Assembly: GCA_036172245.1 (NCBI GenBank)
Contig: JAYWIR010000009.1
Span: 1,240,001 to 1,304,000 of the forward strand
Length of the DNA: 64,000 nt
Source of the DNA: Raillietiella orientalis
Taxonomy: Eukaryota
Reading direction: 5' to 3'
The position numbers and the translations under genes were made by a program. Under the pieces are notes generated by a model, which saw nothing but the letters and a program-made list of their open reading frames with translations, searched no databases and was not told the origin of the DNA. Positions 49,874 through 63,269 of this stretch are shown here, piece by piece. How positions within the stretch are numbered: the first letter of the stretch is position 1; every line of letters starts with the position of its first letter.

Positions 49874-52800
49874 CTATCGCCTCCAGCTGCGATCTTCAGC
49901 TTCCTCCTCCTCTTCCTCATCAAAAATATCCTCACTGAGCAACTCCTCTTCCAAAGTCTACAACACAATTAATACGATTTGATTTCCCAAATCATGTTAC
50001 CTCATCCACTGGCCCATCATCCACTGTAGGTTGCTGAATATTGTTAGCATTCTCTACAAACCAGCAAATGGAGAGAAAGCGTCCCTTAAAAATGGCACCC
50101 TGACTCAATGCTACTTCAGCATCTTTCCTTGTTTTGTAATGAAATATCGCACTGGTATCTTGGCATGTATGCTCTTCCAATTCACCAAAATGCTACCCAT
50201 CTCCATTAATACACTATTAGTTAAGCTTTCAATTACCATAAAATGATCTAGTGCATCCAGCATCTCATTAGGCTCAAGTCCAGTAACCAAAATTTTGCGA
50301 GGTCTCTTGTCAAGAGATGCTGACTGTGGAGGGACGAAAGGTTTGGAAGTTGGTCGGGCTTTAGCACCATGCCAGTGTTTGTTCTTCAGCTTAGATGCAA
50401 CTGGAGTCCCAGGAATCACACCCAGAAATTTTGCTTGGCGTTTGAGTAGCATAACCCGATGCTGCAATTCGGTAATGTCGCCTCCTTCTTTCTGGCATGT
50501 ATATAAATCCAGCTCTGCATCCAGAAGCTCCTTTTCGGCCTGAATTGAAGCATACTTTATTCTGTTTCTCGAATTTGCCTAACCTCCTTCCTAGTCCTTG
50601 CCAATGGTTTCTGAGTAGCCATTTCCAAACGTAAAGATTCTACACTTTCTTGTAAAGATCGGATGGTAGCCATAATCAGTTTCTTTTCATCGGCCTTCAT
50701 GGTAGCTTTGTTGCGCTCAACTTTTAAGATCAACAACTTTTGCTGCTGAATTTGCTTTTCAAGGAGTTCTTGCTTCCTCTTTTGAATGCTGACTCGCATA
50801 CGCACTGCCTCCTTTTTCCGTTCTTCTTGCTTTTTTTTCAAGGTTTCCTTCACTGCCAAATATTCCTGGTTCTTGTAAATAGCTTCCAAATTCTGGAGAC
50901 AGCTTGGATGTACATGGTAAATCTGAGTAAAGTACAAACCTTTGCTTTCTCATCTTCCTCATTTGGTGAAGTTTTCAGCAATTCTGGATACACCACTGTT
51001 TTAGTCAGATTAGATTCATTGAAAAGTACCTAGGAATAATATCAGCTTAAATCGCAGCATGTACACCAACCTTTTCCTCGACATATTCTTTTTTCTCTGA
51101 GGGAATCTTGGAACTAAACACTTTATTGGGATTGGGAGCAGTTTTAATGCCTAAACGTTCCTTGACAGGAAGCTTAGATGCAACCACTACGTTGTCTTTC
51201 TGGGCTTCTTCTTCTTTATGCCAAAATACTTTGATGAAACGATTGTTGAGAACTGCTTCAGTGCTCTTGTAGGCTGCATTAGCTTCAGCATGACTAGAGA
51301 ACGTGACCAGTGCTCCCTCAGGATCATCTTGAAAATTTACTTGAATGTTCACAATTTTGCCAAACTTGCTGAAGTGATTATTTAAATGGCTGATATCATT
51401 CAGCCCTCTAGGCACTTTGCGCAACTCTAGACAACAGTTTTGTGGATCATAACGGCGGTTTCCACGAGAAACTTCCAAAGAAGCTCTTTTCCTTCCTTGG
51501 TCCACCATATGTCCATTACTGCATGTATCTGCATTGCGTTTGCCTTTTCGTGAGTTTCCAGAGTCCACCATGGGAATGTTAATAAGTTCTCGTTGCTGCA
51601 CAGAATAAGTCTGGTGTCCTGAAAATCAGATAGTACTGCATAACATGTCGATCTCACACTGTACCTTGAAAACGAGGGCGCACAACACGGGCATGGTTAT
51701 TATGCATGGGTGGCGGAGTGAAGCCCCAAGTATCCATGCTAGGAGTAGCAGGATTATATGGTTCTATTAAAATTATGAAATGAAATTATTTTTTCTGATT
51801 ATGTAAACTAACCTGGTGGAGGTCTCCTGATAGGGGGCATACCTACAATAGGATGTGGAGGTATACTTGGTGGAGGCACAGATGTTGGAGGAAGTGAATT
51901 TGCAGCTGGCTGTCCAGAAAAACCAAGCACCTGTGGGAGAGCAATGTCTTCAAGCACCACAGGATCAGTACCATGATCAAAAGGGCATAGGTCTCCTCTC
52001 ATGCAGTAACCTTTCTCTAAAAGAAAGCAATCGGTAACTTTCCTGTGCTCTTTTACCATCAAAATCACGACATCGCTTTTTCGAACTTCCTAAATATGGA
52101 GTCATTTCCATGACGGTGCCCTGCAAAACTGGAGGAGCCACTCTTAAATCCACATCACCATGACTGGGTTCAGGTGTTGGACCAGAGTTGGATGGATTCA
52201 GATGATAATTACGTCCAGGACCACGGAATCGATCTACACTGAAATTTCAACGAGTATTGCTAGGGTCTTTGTATCACCTGAAGAACGGGACCTAGTCCGA
52301 GATTTCCCTTGATGAAAAGAAGGAGAAGGACTAGAACGCAACTGGGAATGTGACTTGGAGCATGACCTAGATCTAGATCGGCTCTTCCAATCTCTGATGA
52401 TACTTTTGCTTGAGGCTAACTTTCCTTAAGATACCCTTCCCACCTGCGATCTCTCTCCCTTCTTCCTGCAGGTTTTCGTTTGCGTTCATCTCTTCCTCTT
52501 TCTTTATCTCTTTCTCTGTCTCGAGAACGATCTGCAAACTTTCGTTCTCTCTCTAAACTTCGGGAACGGGACTTTCTGCCATGAAATGTAGTAGCTTTGC
52601 TGCGACGCACATCTTTGTCAAAATGATTCTCTTTGTCCTGAAAAGAAAAACAAATTTCAACACTTAAAGCACTGTAATTTGTACTGACATTTTCCAGTTT
52701 TTTGGAAAGATGGCTGCAAGAGTCCATTTTTGTGTTTTGTCCATGAGAGGATGATGTAGAACAAATTGGAGGGGCTACAGGAGGCACAATGCCTGTTGAT

Positions 52801-55745
52801 GGCAATGTAGAAACTCCTTGTGGAAGCACACTTTCTTCAAGATAATTTTTTTTGACCAAAGTTTCAAAAAGTAAGTCCACAAAAGACTTAGTTTCTAAAA
52901 ACACAACACATGTTTCATTCAAAGTCAAAAAAATAAAAAAGCATAAATCTTATTTTAAAATGCAAATGAATTGAGCTATCTATTCACCAAATTTATCAAC
53001 TGTTTGGTCTAAAACCCATTAAAATTCTTTATTCTAGTAGCATTGTAATTAGCTATATAAAGGAAGACAATCTGCATTTAATATTTATATGCATGTGAAT
53101 GAAAATTCAATCATATACACAAAACAGAAAACATATTACAAAAGAATACATCATCGTTTCCATCGATCACGAGACCAAAATTAAAGTACCACTATTATTC
53201 TTATCCAAAAGGTTTTTGCCTATTCTAAGCATAAATTTGCCTAACTTCTCTCCACTGTAATTGACATATGCTTTAAACAAGTACCATAGTTATTTGAAAA
53301 CAAATTTGCAAAGTTACAATTTCAGAAACAGTTACCTTGTTGCAAGAAAACATCTAACTGATCAATACATGTGTTTTTCAATTCTGCTTCTGGTTTGTCT
53401 TTCTTGACTAATGCTATTACATACTTAGCCAATGCAGCTGGATCAGCATCACATCTGCATACATCATAAAATTTTACAAATACAATATACATATTATCAA
53501 TAGCACATGATGCAATGTTGTCTAATCCTAAAAGTTTATTTGATCATTTTCATGCTCTAATTCAATATCATACATCTAACAGACTCACTTTAGTAACATG
53601 ACATTTTATCATTTTATAGAATTTATTTTAATTCTTCTATCTGCACCAACGGAGGTTGTCAATGTAAAAATTTTCAAGGAAATATTCTTAATATAGAACT
53701 AATTCCGGGAACAGCACTGTAAGAAATTCTTTCAATCAAACATAATAAAGAATTTCAAAAAGTAAAAATAAAATAAAATAAAATAAAAATAAGAAGCAGT
53801 ACGATAATCAGCTATGCTGAAAAATACCACTGAGCTACTATTAATTATTCATCACACACAACAAATGACTGTATTAAACAATGTTAAGGATGAACAGTTT
53901 GAAAACTATTTTCTTCTATCAGAATTCAAGGTTAACAGCATATTCTTTTAATAAAATGGGTATGCACCAAGTTTTGCACTTAAACTTACTTATGATGCAA
54001 TCAGTTTCACTAAGAACCATAAAAAGAATACAACAAAAATGTTATCATAAACATGAATGCTGTTAACTAATGTTGTTGTTAATTGTCCATGAATCAGAAA
54101 CATGTACAAGTTTAAAAAACATATACAGCAATCATGAACTCAAATCTAGTGACAAAAATGCATATGCTCCATATGTACAAATTCCTAAATCGCTTTACAT
54201 TCCCACAAAATGGACATAAATTTACTATCCAATCGCAATAGTTAACAATGATAAGCTACCAAGCTAAGTCAGTTCAAATGTTCAAATGCTTTTCATATCT
54301 ACATCGTGCACCAATGGTCCCACTATTATTTTACTGATGATGAAATATTTTTTTTGTGCACCTTAAACAATGCGAATTATTTCTAACTACATCACGTGAG
54401 TAACAACTACTGATTCAACATGCATTTAATCCACATGATATTGTTGCTTGTACAAAATTGGGAAATAATCGCAAAATAAAATGCCTATTCTGAGAAGTGC
54501 TTAGGACATAAAATGAAATGAACTGAAAACGCCATTTTAAACATGAAAATTTGATTTCTATGCCACAAGAAATTACAAACCTGATATTGAAGTTTTTTCA
54601 CAAATTAAGGAAAAACATAAAAATTATTTTAATACTGATGGTGTGGAACCTCAAAACAAATGCAATACCTCAAAAATAAAACAGCCACCCCAAGAATTAC
54701 TCAAACATCCAACAAATTTGAACTGTTTTTGTTAATGCTGTTTTCCTTTTAACTATGACTATTTAAGTCCTGATGTGTTGAAGGAGGAATAAATTTCACT
54801 TACGTGTCTAATCTGCTCCTTTTAAATCGATAATTTTTATGTCATTCCATATGATGGTAACTTAACACGACTATACCTTATCAAATATCTATCTCATTTA
54901 CAGATTTTCACATATATATGAACACAACTGTACAAGGCATGAAAAGCACAAAGAACTTGCAACATATATGAGAGTAAAATATGTTGCAATATATTTAAAA
55001 TATGTTCTTGAATTTAAACCAGTTTATCAAAAGGCAGCTAATCCTTCAGCACTTGCTATTACAGATATCGACTTGGTACTATCATTTAAAAAAAGATTCT
55101 GGAAGTTCTCATACAAACATATAACTGACTGCAAACCAAGTGTTTATGCTAGGAAAAACAATCAAATTTTTATGCATTTTCTTCTTTGACAAAACCAAGT
55201 TTATACAAACACGCAACTTCTTCTCATGACACTAACTTCATGACATGCAACAGCTAATTATCCAAATTGAAATTTCTAAAGAAAAGACGGCGGTGTAACA
55301 ACTGAATTTAACGTGCAGGAGTCATTCATATATGAAATTTGTTTTACACAGTCTAAGTTTTCAAAGGTTCATGAAATCATATGGTATGAATATTTAAAGT
55401 TCTAAAAACGAGGAAACAATGCTACTATGGTGCTCAATAAAAAGGCATAAGCTAAAAATTGGTCACAGTGAATTACAAAATGGACACTAAACAACATGAT
55501 AGTGTCTGGACATTGTGTACAATACATGAACAAGTAATCTAAACAGGAATCAATTTAGAACAAATTTACTTTCTGCAAAGGAAACAAAGTTATCTAGAAT
55601 TTCACAGACTAACTAATAAAGATACGTTAAATGTATCCACTTGCAAGATTTCTTGTTAATTTCCAAAAAATATAAAATTTACTTACAGTGGTTCCAAGAC
55701 ACCAGTAAGCCAAACTTTTAAGGATTCTTGGTTCTCGATTAACAT
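49874..55745 (-). CDS. RBM26: RNA-binding protein 26/27 (PWI, CCCH zinc finger, RRMs; swm-like), 14 coding exons
   Basis: Exons read by hand with GT-AG boundaries: 55687-55745, 53336-53454, 52689-52894, 52444(or 52435)-52637, 52278-52393, 52057-52233, 51813-52016, 51665-51763, 51071-51618, 50940-51029, 50584-50892, 50237-50539, 50001-50192, 49874-49957. Motifs: MLIENQESLKVWL..LEPLCDADPAALAKYV..CIDQLDVFLQQETKSFV, RCRDFDEKGYCMRGDLCPFDHG, LNNHFSKFGKIVNIQV..EAVLNNRFIKVFW. The C-terminus is EDRSWRR. Confidence 0.95.
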
Positions 55746-58700
55746 ATTTTTACTTTATTGAAAGGCAAATCACCTTACGGAACTTTCTTAACGTTGCTTC
55801 ATCTACTTAAAAATAAAATGCTACGTCAAAATTAAACATAGTGTTAATTTATCGTTATGTGAATATAGCAAACAATTCTTATGATTTACAGATTTTAAAA
55901 CAACCTAATGCTGCTGTTCACTGCTTTCCATGCTTAATCGAATACATGAAAATATCTGACACATGGCAAACTACAGTTGCAAGTGAAATGTACAAACTCT
56001 ACATGTACATATAATCTGATGAGTTTCGTTAATACCGCACAAAAACTAAATCCGTTGTATCAATGTTTATAATTTTTCGCTTACAATTATTTATTCAAAT
56101 CAGTGAGGAGAAAAACAACTGTACCAATATTTTCCTATGAAATATTCACGTAAAATTACCACGTTTAGAACTATAGTTTCAAGAATGGATACGCATGTTC
56201 GCAGCTAAATATTAGCGCTATTTAATTTGTTATGTATACTCTGTGGCACCAAAAAACGATTCTGCTATTACACTCCTTCCCTAAAAAGGAAGGAAAGCTT
56301 TCTTAAAATTGCAGCATTGCTTTTTAATATTGATAATGATAAATCTGTCGCAATCTTAATGACGAAATTAATGATGGCACCGTGGAGGAATCCATATTTA
56401 AATAAATTTAAGCAGTAGTGAATAAGTAAGGTGATTTGTTTATCGCAGCCGTGAGCTGCAGATAATTTTGAATAGTGAAGCAGTTAGGAGAAATAACCAT
56501 GGCAACGACGGAGTGCACACGATGATTTCGTTAATTGGGCTTAATGAGCTAAACAGGGAACGCGAATACGCCTAACGTAGTTAACTATGCAGCGATTCAT
56601 AATTGTGGCATTTGGAAACGGCAAGAAAAACGAAAAAAGTCTCGATTTTGGAACTTTGGACTTTTCCTACATTTGGCTTTTTACGGTAATTCTTCAAAGC
56701 GTGGTAGCGTGAAAATTTGTTTCGACTTTCGTTGCTGTCGTTCCGGGAGCTATGCTTGAAGAACAATCACTACAAAATGCTTGTGGAATTCAGCACGAGT
56801 CTGCTTACTTATTTGTGAATAGTCATTATGTCAAATGACATAATTGGGTTCCGAGGAATTCGGTTAATGAAGACGGTGCCACCTATCGTTCACACAGAAA
56901 CCGACATGAGACCACGGATATTGCACTTCACGTTAAAACACTCGTACTGCTTCAAATACTTGAGAATTATGATTTGCTGCAACCAAAGTCAGTTTTGACT
57001 CTCAAGTGAATTTCTCACAACCTGAATTTCAGATGGCCCGGTAATACGAGACATCGAAATTGCTATAATTAAATATAGGAAAAAAATATGGAAATGGTAA
57101 TTTCCATATTTATATATAGGGAGAAATATCATCAGCTATGTGATGAGTATCCAGCATATAGTTTTACCTATAATTATAAGAAAAATATGTTCTTTTATTT
57201 GTTATTTCTGCTTCCATATGTATTTAAATGAGTAAGTTGCCTACCCACATGCTGGATATTTTGTGCTAAACTGTAGAGCATGAGAATTTCAAATTTATGC
57301 ATTCATTTTGTTACAGACCCAAAATTTCATGATAGAAAACTCATGAAGCAATCAATGTTTAGTATTCTAAATCGCTTGTGCTTTGAATTTTTTCTTCCTT
57401 TTTACTTTTTATTAAATATTTCCTTGCAAAGAATGTAACTTATCTTATTCCTTTTTGTCGATTTGCGTATTCATCTTCACAAAAAAGTAGGCATGTAAAC
57501 GTGACTGCTGAGTAGAGTAGTTTGATGGAAAGCAAAAGTAGGTTTTGGATTTGATGCTCCAGACATTTCCATTGCCACCATAAAAATGACAAAGTATACT
57601 TTTTTTTTCTTTTTTTCTTTCATTTCTATCTGTGCAGAATGCATCAAGATTCTTGAGCCCTGCTTTTGGGAAGCTGTTTTCTTTAGTTACTATTCCAGTA
57701 AAATCGAAACTCTATTTACAAAGTATTTTTTCTTCAAGAGAGGAAGTGGCTGGAAATTCCTGGCTAGTCTTTTCTGATTCAGATGACCAAGTTGAAAACC
57801 CTCAAGATGGAGTGCGCAGCCTCCAGCTTTGATCTGCAAGAATAAGTGATTGCAAGTCCTGCCTAGCAGCTCATGTGTGGAATCTCACTTGCAATGTTCC
57901 ATAAAAGGAAGCTTTCTGATTCTTCTACATTCACATTTGTTTTTCAAAACAAGTGGGAAGTTTGGTTGGGAAGTTTACTGATATGTGAACCGATTCAGTC
58001 TTAAGCAGACAGTTACAAAGGAAATACTTTTTTTTTCTTTTGTTTAAACATCTTTGGGGGTTCGATTGCTTTTGTTTTAATTTCCTGGAGAAGGGAATTT
58101 TTCACTTCAAAGTAGTCGTTTTTATTTTTTTCCGTCGAGTGGCCATCTATTCCCATCACTCCATTCTTAAGTACATCATTTCAAGAGTTTTTTATTTATC
58201 TTTCTATTTAATCCTTTGAGAACTTCATTTTGAAAACTCACCCCACTCGAGTACTTTTATAATTTCCATCTGTGTTATAATTTAAGATGAGAGAAAAACA
58301 TGAAATCAAGCAATTGAAGCACATGTTAGACATTCCCATGTGACTGGTTGTTTGTGGTTACTAGTTTTCGCATACTACTGGGATTATTAATGGTAAGGAA
58401 ATGAGAATGTCTCTCTCTTTTTGCTGTTGTCCTTACCGTTGGTAACTTCCTACATTAAAAAAAACTCATTCCATATAATGACAGAATCTACGAAGAAGCT
58501 GCGTGTAGTGCACACAACCACATAAAGTATTTCAATGTCACTTCAATATGCAAGACGGGAAGCACAAAGATTAGATTAGCCTCCTGCTAAACCTGCCATG
58601 AATGTTACCTTGTGTTGAATGGACATCATGGAATGTGAATGAAATAATAATGGGAATTAGGATAGAAGAGACCAAACAAATGGATGATAGCCCCCCTAAA

Positions 58701-59557
58701 GTGAACACACCGCGCTAATGAAACACATAACCGGGAGGGTTCCCTGTACGCCGTTTTATGCAGCGGAAGAATGACGTCAGTCTACGTCACGTTACCACTC
58801 GATAACGTTTATTGCTTAACTTTACTATCGGTAGAAAAGATAGACAGAGATAAGCGTTACGTTTGGTTCTTCTATTCTAAACTGAATCCAATAGATTCAT
58901 AAAACTAAAGGATTTCCCTCGAGTTGACTCCTTTAGTTCAATCCTCATGATTGCTTTTAAATGTGAATTCCGATTTTCCCTAAAGAACTCATAGAAGATT
59001 CTATTTAATTTTAACACATTCTGTGTAAGACGCATCCTCGCCTGCCTTTTGGAGTGTGGATAGTTCATCTCTCGAGATATAATTTGGAGTGATCGATAGA
59101 TTATGAATGGATGGCATGGAATTAGCAGTACTAAAATTATGACTGGGTTCTATCCCTATGGAAACCACGATCTGTCGTTTTTAACCACGATCTTCGTACT
59201 TTGAGATGAAACATAAAGTGTGAAACCGCTATTCCAACAAGCAGATGTTTTTTAGATTGCACAAGTCATGACTCGAAAGGAGAACTCTTGTTGAAAAATG
59301 AAGAAATATGAAGTACAAAGAATTTCAGTGAATGCTCTTGATTTTTGTTGTTGTTCGCTCAACTGTTCCCCCAATTCTTTCAGCTTTCATCAGCCAGTGC
59401 AGCTGAAGAGAGACATTTCCTCTCTTTCAATCTCGGTTTTTCAAATCGGTAATCACTACAAACGATTCTGTGGTACAAAAACTGAAAATTACGGTACCAC
59501 TCTTCCTCATTTTCTGGTTCATGGTTCCCAGAAAACAATGAGGGAGCTTATAATACC

Positions 59558-59560
<3 letters not shown>

Positions 59561-59630
<70 letters not shown>
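59561..59630. repeat. (AT)n microsatellite
   Basis: Perfect AT dinucleotide run of 70 bp. Confidence 0.98.
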
Positions 59631-59633
<3 letters not shown>

Positions 59634-59739
59634 TATACATTGCCATCGATGGAAACTGTCAAAGGTGACTTATACCGATCAGAGATCAGTTTCGGGAATA
59701 TCTGAGGTTCTCATTTGCATTTGTGCATACAATCTATTA

Positions 59740-62200
59740 GGAAAAGTGCTTCTCTGTGCTGCGAGGAAATCTAAGAGGGGATGAAAATGACACGGGGTTG
59801 TTTGAACAGACGCTAATACCGGGGAAATCTGGCTTCAGAGAGAAAGCAATACTTTCGAAAAAAGGGAAGAGGGGAAGGATTGAGATTCTGCGACACGCTT
59901 TGAGAAGCAGTCTATGCTCGTGTTTTTTTTGTAAAGTTCTTTTCCAGAAAAGAGCCGAAGCAGATGTTCTCAGTCGAGGTTCGGTCCTGAAGATCATCTT
60001 CATAAAGCTAAGGCGTGGGGCTCCGTACACACTTGCTGCTGCCTATAAAGAAACATTCCTGTGCGCCCACGATGCCTGTGTAAGAATAACAAGGTGTGTG
60101 GGAAAACACTGGCGAGTTTGCTTTCAACAGGAAGTCTCTCGCCGATGAAGCACTGGAGGAGACAGTTGGGAGAGCTTTTGTAACCTTTGAAAGTTTTTTT
60201 TAATGATGTATGATTGAAAAGAAAACTATTTTACAGGTTGCAGGTTCCTTTAGCGCCATGCCGAATCGAAATGCTTTTGAAAATGGAAGGGCTCGAAGTC
60301 GACCTTTCTGGAAAAGGAATCGGGGAAGACGGGACGGAACGCATCCCACGGAACTTCAGCTTTCAGTTTTCTTGCTTTTCGGCTCATTTGAGTTTATAAA
60401 AGACTACTGATAATTATGTGCTTATCTATTTTAAGATCTAAACAGCTTTTCAGTGGCTGAAAGGATTTATTGTTTCCTGATACAAGGCACTAGAGCTTCG
60501 TATCAGGAAAACGAATGCACCAACCTCTCCAGATTCTGCAGACGTTCAAAAGTGCATACTTTCAAAATGAAAGCATAAAGTGACCCACTGGATGTTCACA
60601 TCTTCTATTTTGGACCACTGACCATACATGCTAATTAAGTGCTCCTCCACATGAGAGCTGCTGCTATTTCTCAATTAGCTCTTTGTATCCTTTGCTAGAT
60701 GGTAATCGGAGGCAATTACCAGATGTATTTGTAATCATTGAGGACTAAATAGTGAGAAAGAAGAGGAAGATTTTTTTCTTGTGACTGTAAAGGGAAACTG
60801 TCCTCATTTCTCGGAAAGTGGATTTGAGATTATGCCTGAAATCTGTGATTCAAGAAACTTTGGCGACATTTATGTTGAAAGGGGAAACCAAATAGCACTT
60901 AAACGACACAAGTATCACGATTGAGTTCTACCAACACTATCAATCCTTTGTAGAACCCATTATTTGAATCCCAGCAAAAGAACTGTCCAATTCCCACATG
61001 CTGGACACCTCCCTTCCCATTCTCATTTGCTTTCTCATCGCTAGGGAGAGACTGCCTCCAAGAAGCTGATCCAAACCGTAAAGCATGAGCTGCAAATTTT
61101 GCCCTGCAAATTTCCCAAACTCTGTCTTTCACAGAGTCTCATGAATTCCGTGTTGCATTAAAAACCATTTTTTAGAAAGTTGTTGGATTCTATTCGTTGA
61201 CTTTGGAGGTATGCAAAAATTTAATGACCTGCTTCATAATAAGCTTTCTAAAGAAAAGCTCGTATTGATGAGCAGCATGCATCTGCTGCTGTATGGACCA
61301 CACAAACACGTTACAAGCGCGGGATTGCGTCTTATCTAGGAAATTTAGTCTCAGTTGTCAAGCAAGCGCTGTTTTGGCAACTGTTGGATTCAGTTCCTAA
61401 ACAAAGACAACTGTAATTAACCATGGACAGTTTTCAGTCAATTAAAGTACTGCATTAAATGGAACACACGAAATTCGTTTACGCAAAAAGGCATTCAAAA
61501 TCACAAAATGGATTTCCTACTGTTTATTTTAATCCCCCGAGATACGGCATTTCGAGTTTTCTTGTCCTTCTTGTCTTTACATTGATGTGTGCGAAGATGC
61601 TCTGATGAAAATCAGAGCAAACTCTTCTTCGAGCCAAATTGTTTTCCGCCGGAAAGGTTTTTATTTCAGGGATACGGCCAGCATCCGAGTGCGGATGATG
61701 TTCGGGTTCTGCACTGCATCGAGATTTCTCGATTCTGTGCGAGCTCTTGAGCTTGTTTCTCCTCTGTACCACAACTCTGCAATCCAGCATGTCAGCGAGA
61801 CTGCGAGTTGAGATACGAATTGGATAAGTTTTCCACCGAGTCCAAAAGCCTCCGAGAAAACCAGGAACTCCATGGTTTTTCCATAGATCAAAAGAGAAGG
61901 AGACTTTTGAGAAAATGCCATGTTCTTTCTACACATCTCCTGCAGATGTGCAGCATTATTTTGTAAGGCTAAGAAAATACCTGGGGGCTCGGTGGAGACG
62001 AGTTTACATTCCCAAACACAAGCGATCTCGTTTCGATCTCATGTGTGTCAAAAGACCGGTCCATCGGATGATATCTTCCAATGCTTCGTCCTTGCCTTGT
62101 TATTCCATTGAAACGCTGTAAATAAATCATCTGACTGCTGCAGACACAGGAGAGACCCGTTTTCCCACCCTGAATTCGGACACCTTGCATGCAGCCACGT
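59740..62200 (-). mobile_element. Possible decayed BEL/Pao-like pol remnant
   Basis: Weak minus-strand echoes in the expected order: SLLIYG, INVKTRRTRKLEMPY, AHALRFGSAS, GQWSKIEDVNIQW. No intact ORF. Confidence 0.3.
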
Positions 62201-62242
62201 TCACAAGGTGTTGGAGCTCCTGCAAGAAATGCAAATGCTTAT

Positions 62243-63269
62243 GCCCGCGTTGGAGGCCTTGTGGTTAAGGCTTCCTCATGTGGCACCGTGAGTCGCGGGT
62301 TCGAATACTCCGGCATGAAACTGACGCAACTGCGTCGTTGGGTTCCGAGTTTCTCCTGCAATGGCGCTGGTTGGCCGAGACATTCAGGCGTGGCACCGGT
62401 AGCGGTTCAAACCGGAAGCCCCCGATGAAGGCTGGAACAATGGGAGTCGACCTTCGGGCCTTCCAGGAATAAAGGAGTGGGGAGTTCCCCCTCCGGTCGT
62501 GCAACGGAGAGCAGACCCCCCTCCCCGGGGACCCCTCCGGTTTCAAGATGGAGCAGGAGCCTTCAAAGGCACCTCTCTGGTTGTTTAAAGGAGCGGATCC
62601 CCCTTTGTTGCGGGGGGGAACCCTGCGAGTCGCCTCCTCTCCAGAAAAGTGCAAGGAAGCAAGCGAGGGCGACCCTTCTGAGTTTCGGAAGCGTCCCTTC
62701 GGGGTTCTCTTCAGAGAGGTGAACAGGAGCGGTTCCCTTGCGGGTTCCCTCCGGAGAAGAAATTCCTACTAGCGGATCCTTTCCGGGTTCTCTTCGGAGA
62801 AGATGAAATGGAGAGGACTGCCCTCCCCATGAGGGGGGTGTCCCTCCGGAGAGAATGAGGAAGGAGATTCCCTTCGGGGTTCCCTTCGGAGACAACCAGG
62901 GTGGGAGGTGCGATCCTCCCCGTCCGGGGGGGATTCCTTCCCAAGCGTGAGAGGAACGGACTCTGAGCCCTTCCTGGATTCATAGGGCGGACCCCACCCC
63001 CATCCCGGGGTGCCATATCCTGATGGTTTTCGCAGGCGGAGAGGCGTGGAAACAAAGCAGTGTGTTTAAAAAAAAGGGCCACGTGCGCCGCGAGGCACGC
63101 GACCGGCACTTAGTGAACCAAAAAAAAGAAAACCGAAGAAAAAGCACACACACACAAAAAAAAAGAAAACCCGAAGACATGGCAGAAAAACCCTAGGATT
63201 CCCATCATCAATAGTAACGATCTCCTCGCGGGATCGCTACTGGCCTTAAAAAAAAAAAGAAAAGAAAAG
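62243..63269 (+). mobile_element. ~1-kb tRNA-derived SINE, copy 3
   Basis: 10-bp TSD aaatgcttat at 62233-62242 and 63270-63279. A/B-box-like head, terminal hairpin and A-rich tail. Confidence 0.92.

Noticed and set aside
56490..57000. Divergent gene with an RFX X-box-like motif (accatggcaac) and a short ORF at ~56828
   Set aside because: Only a partial motif and a 56-aa ORF with no recognisable homology or splice pattern.
62243..62315. Functional tRNA gene
   Set aside because: The T-stem is incomplete, the anticodon loop is 6 nt, and it is embedded in a TSD-flanked dispersed repeat.
62690..62895. CRISPR-like array in the SINE hairpin repeats
   Set aside because: The repeats are degenerate and irregularly spaced, the context is eukaryotic, and there are no cas genes.
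63190..63246. TCCTCG..GG in the SINE terminal module resembling an HDV ribozyme L3/P1.1
   Set aside because: No P4, J4/2 or P2 follows (the A-tail starts at once), and the possible P1 partner at 62398 is not conserved in other copies. A simple hairpin explains it.
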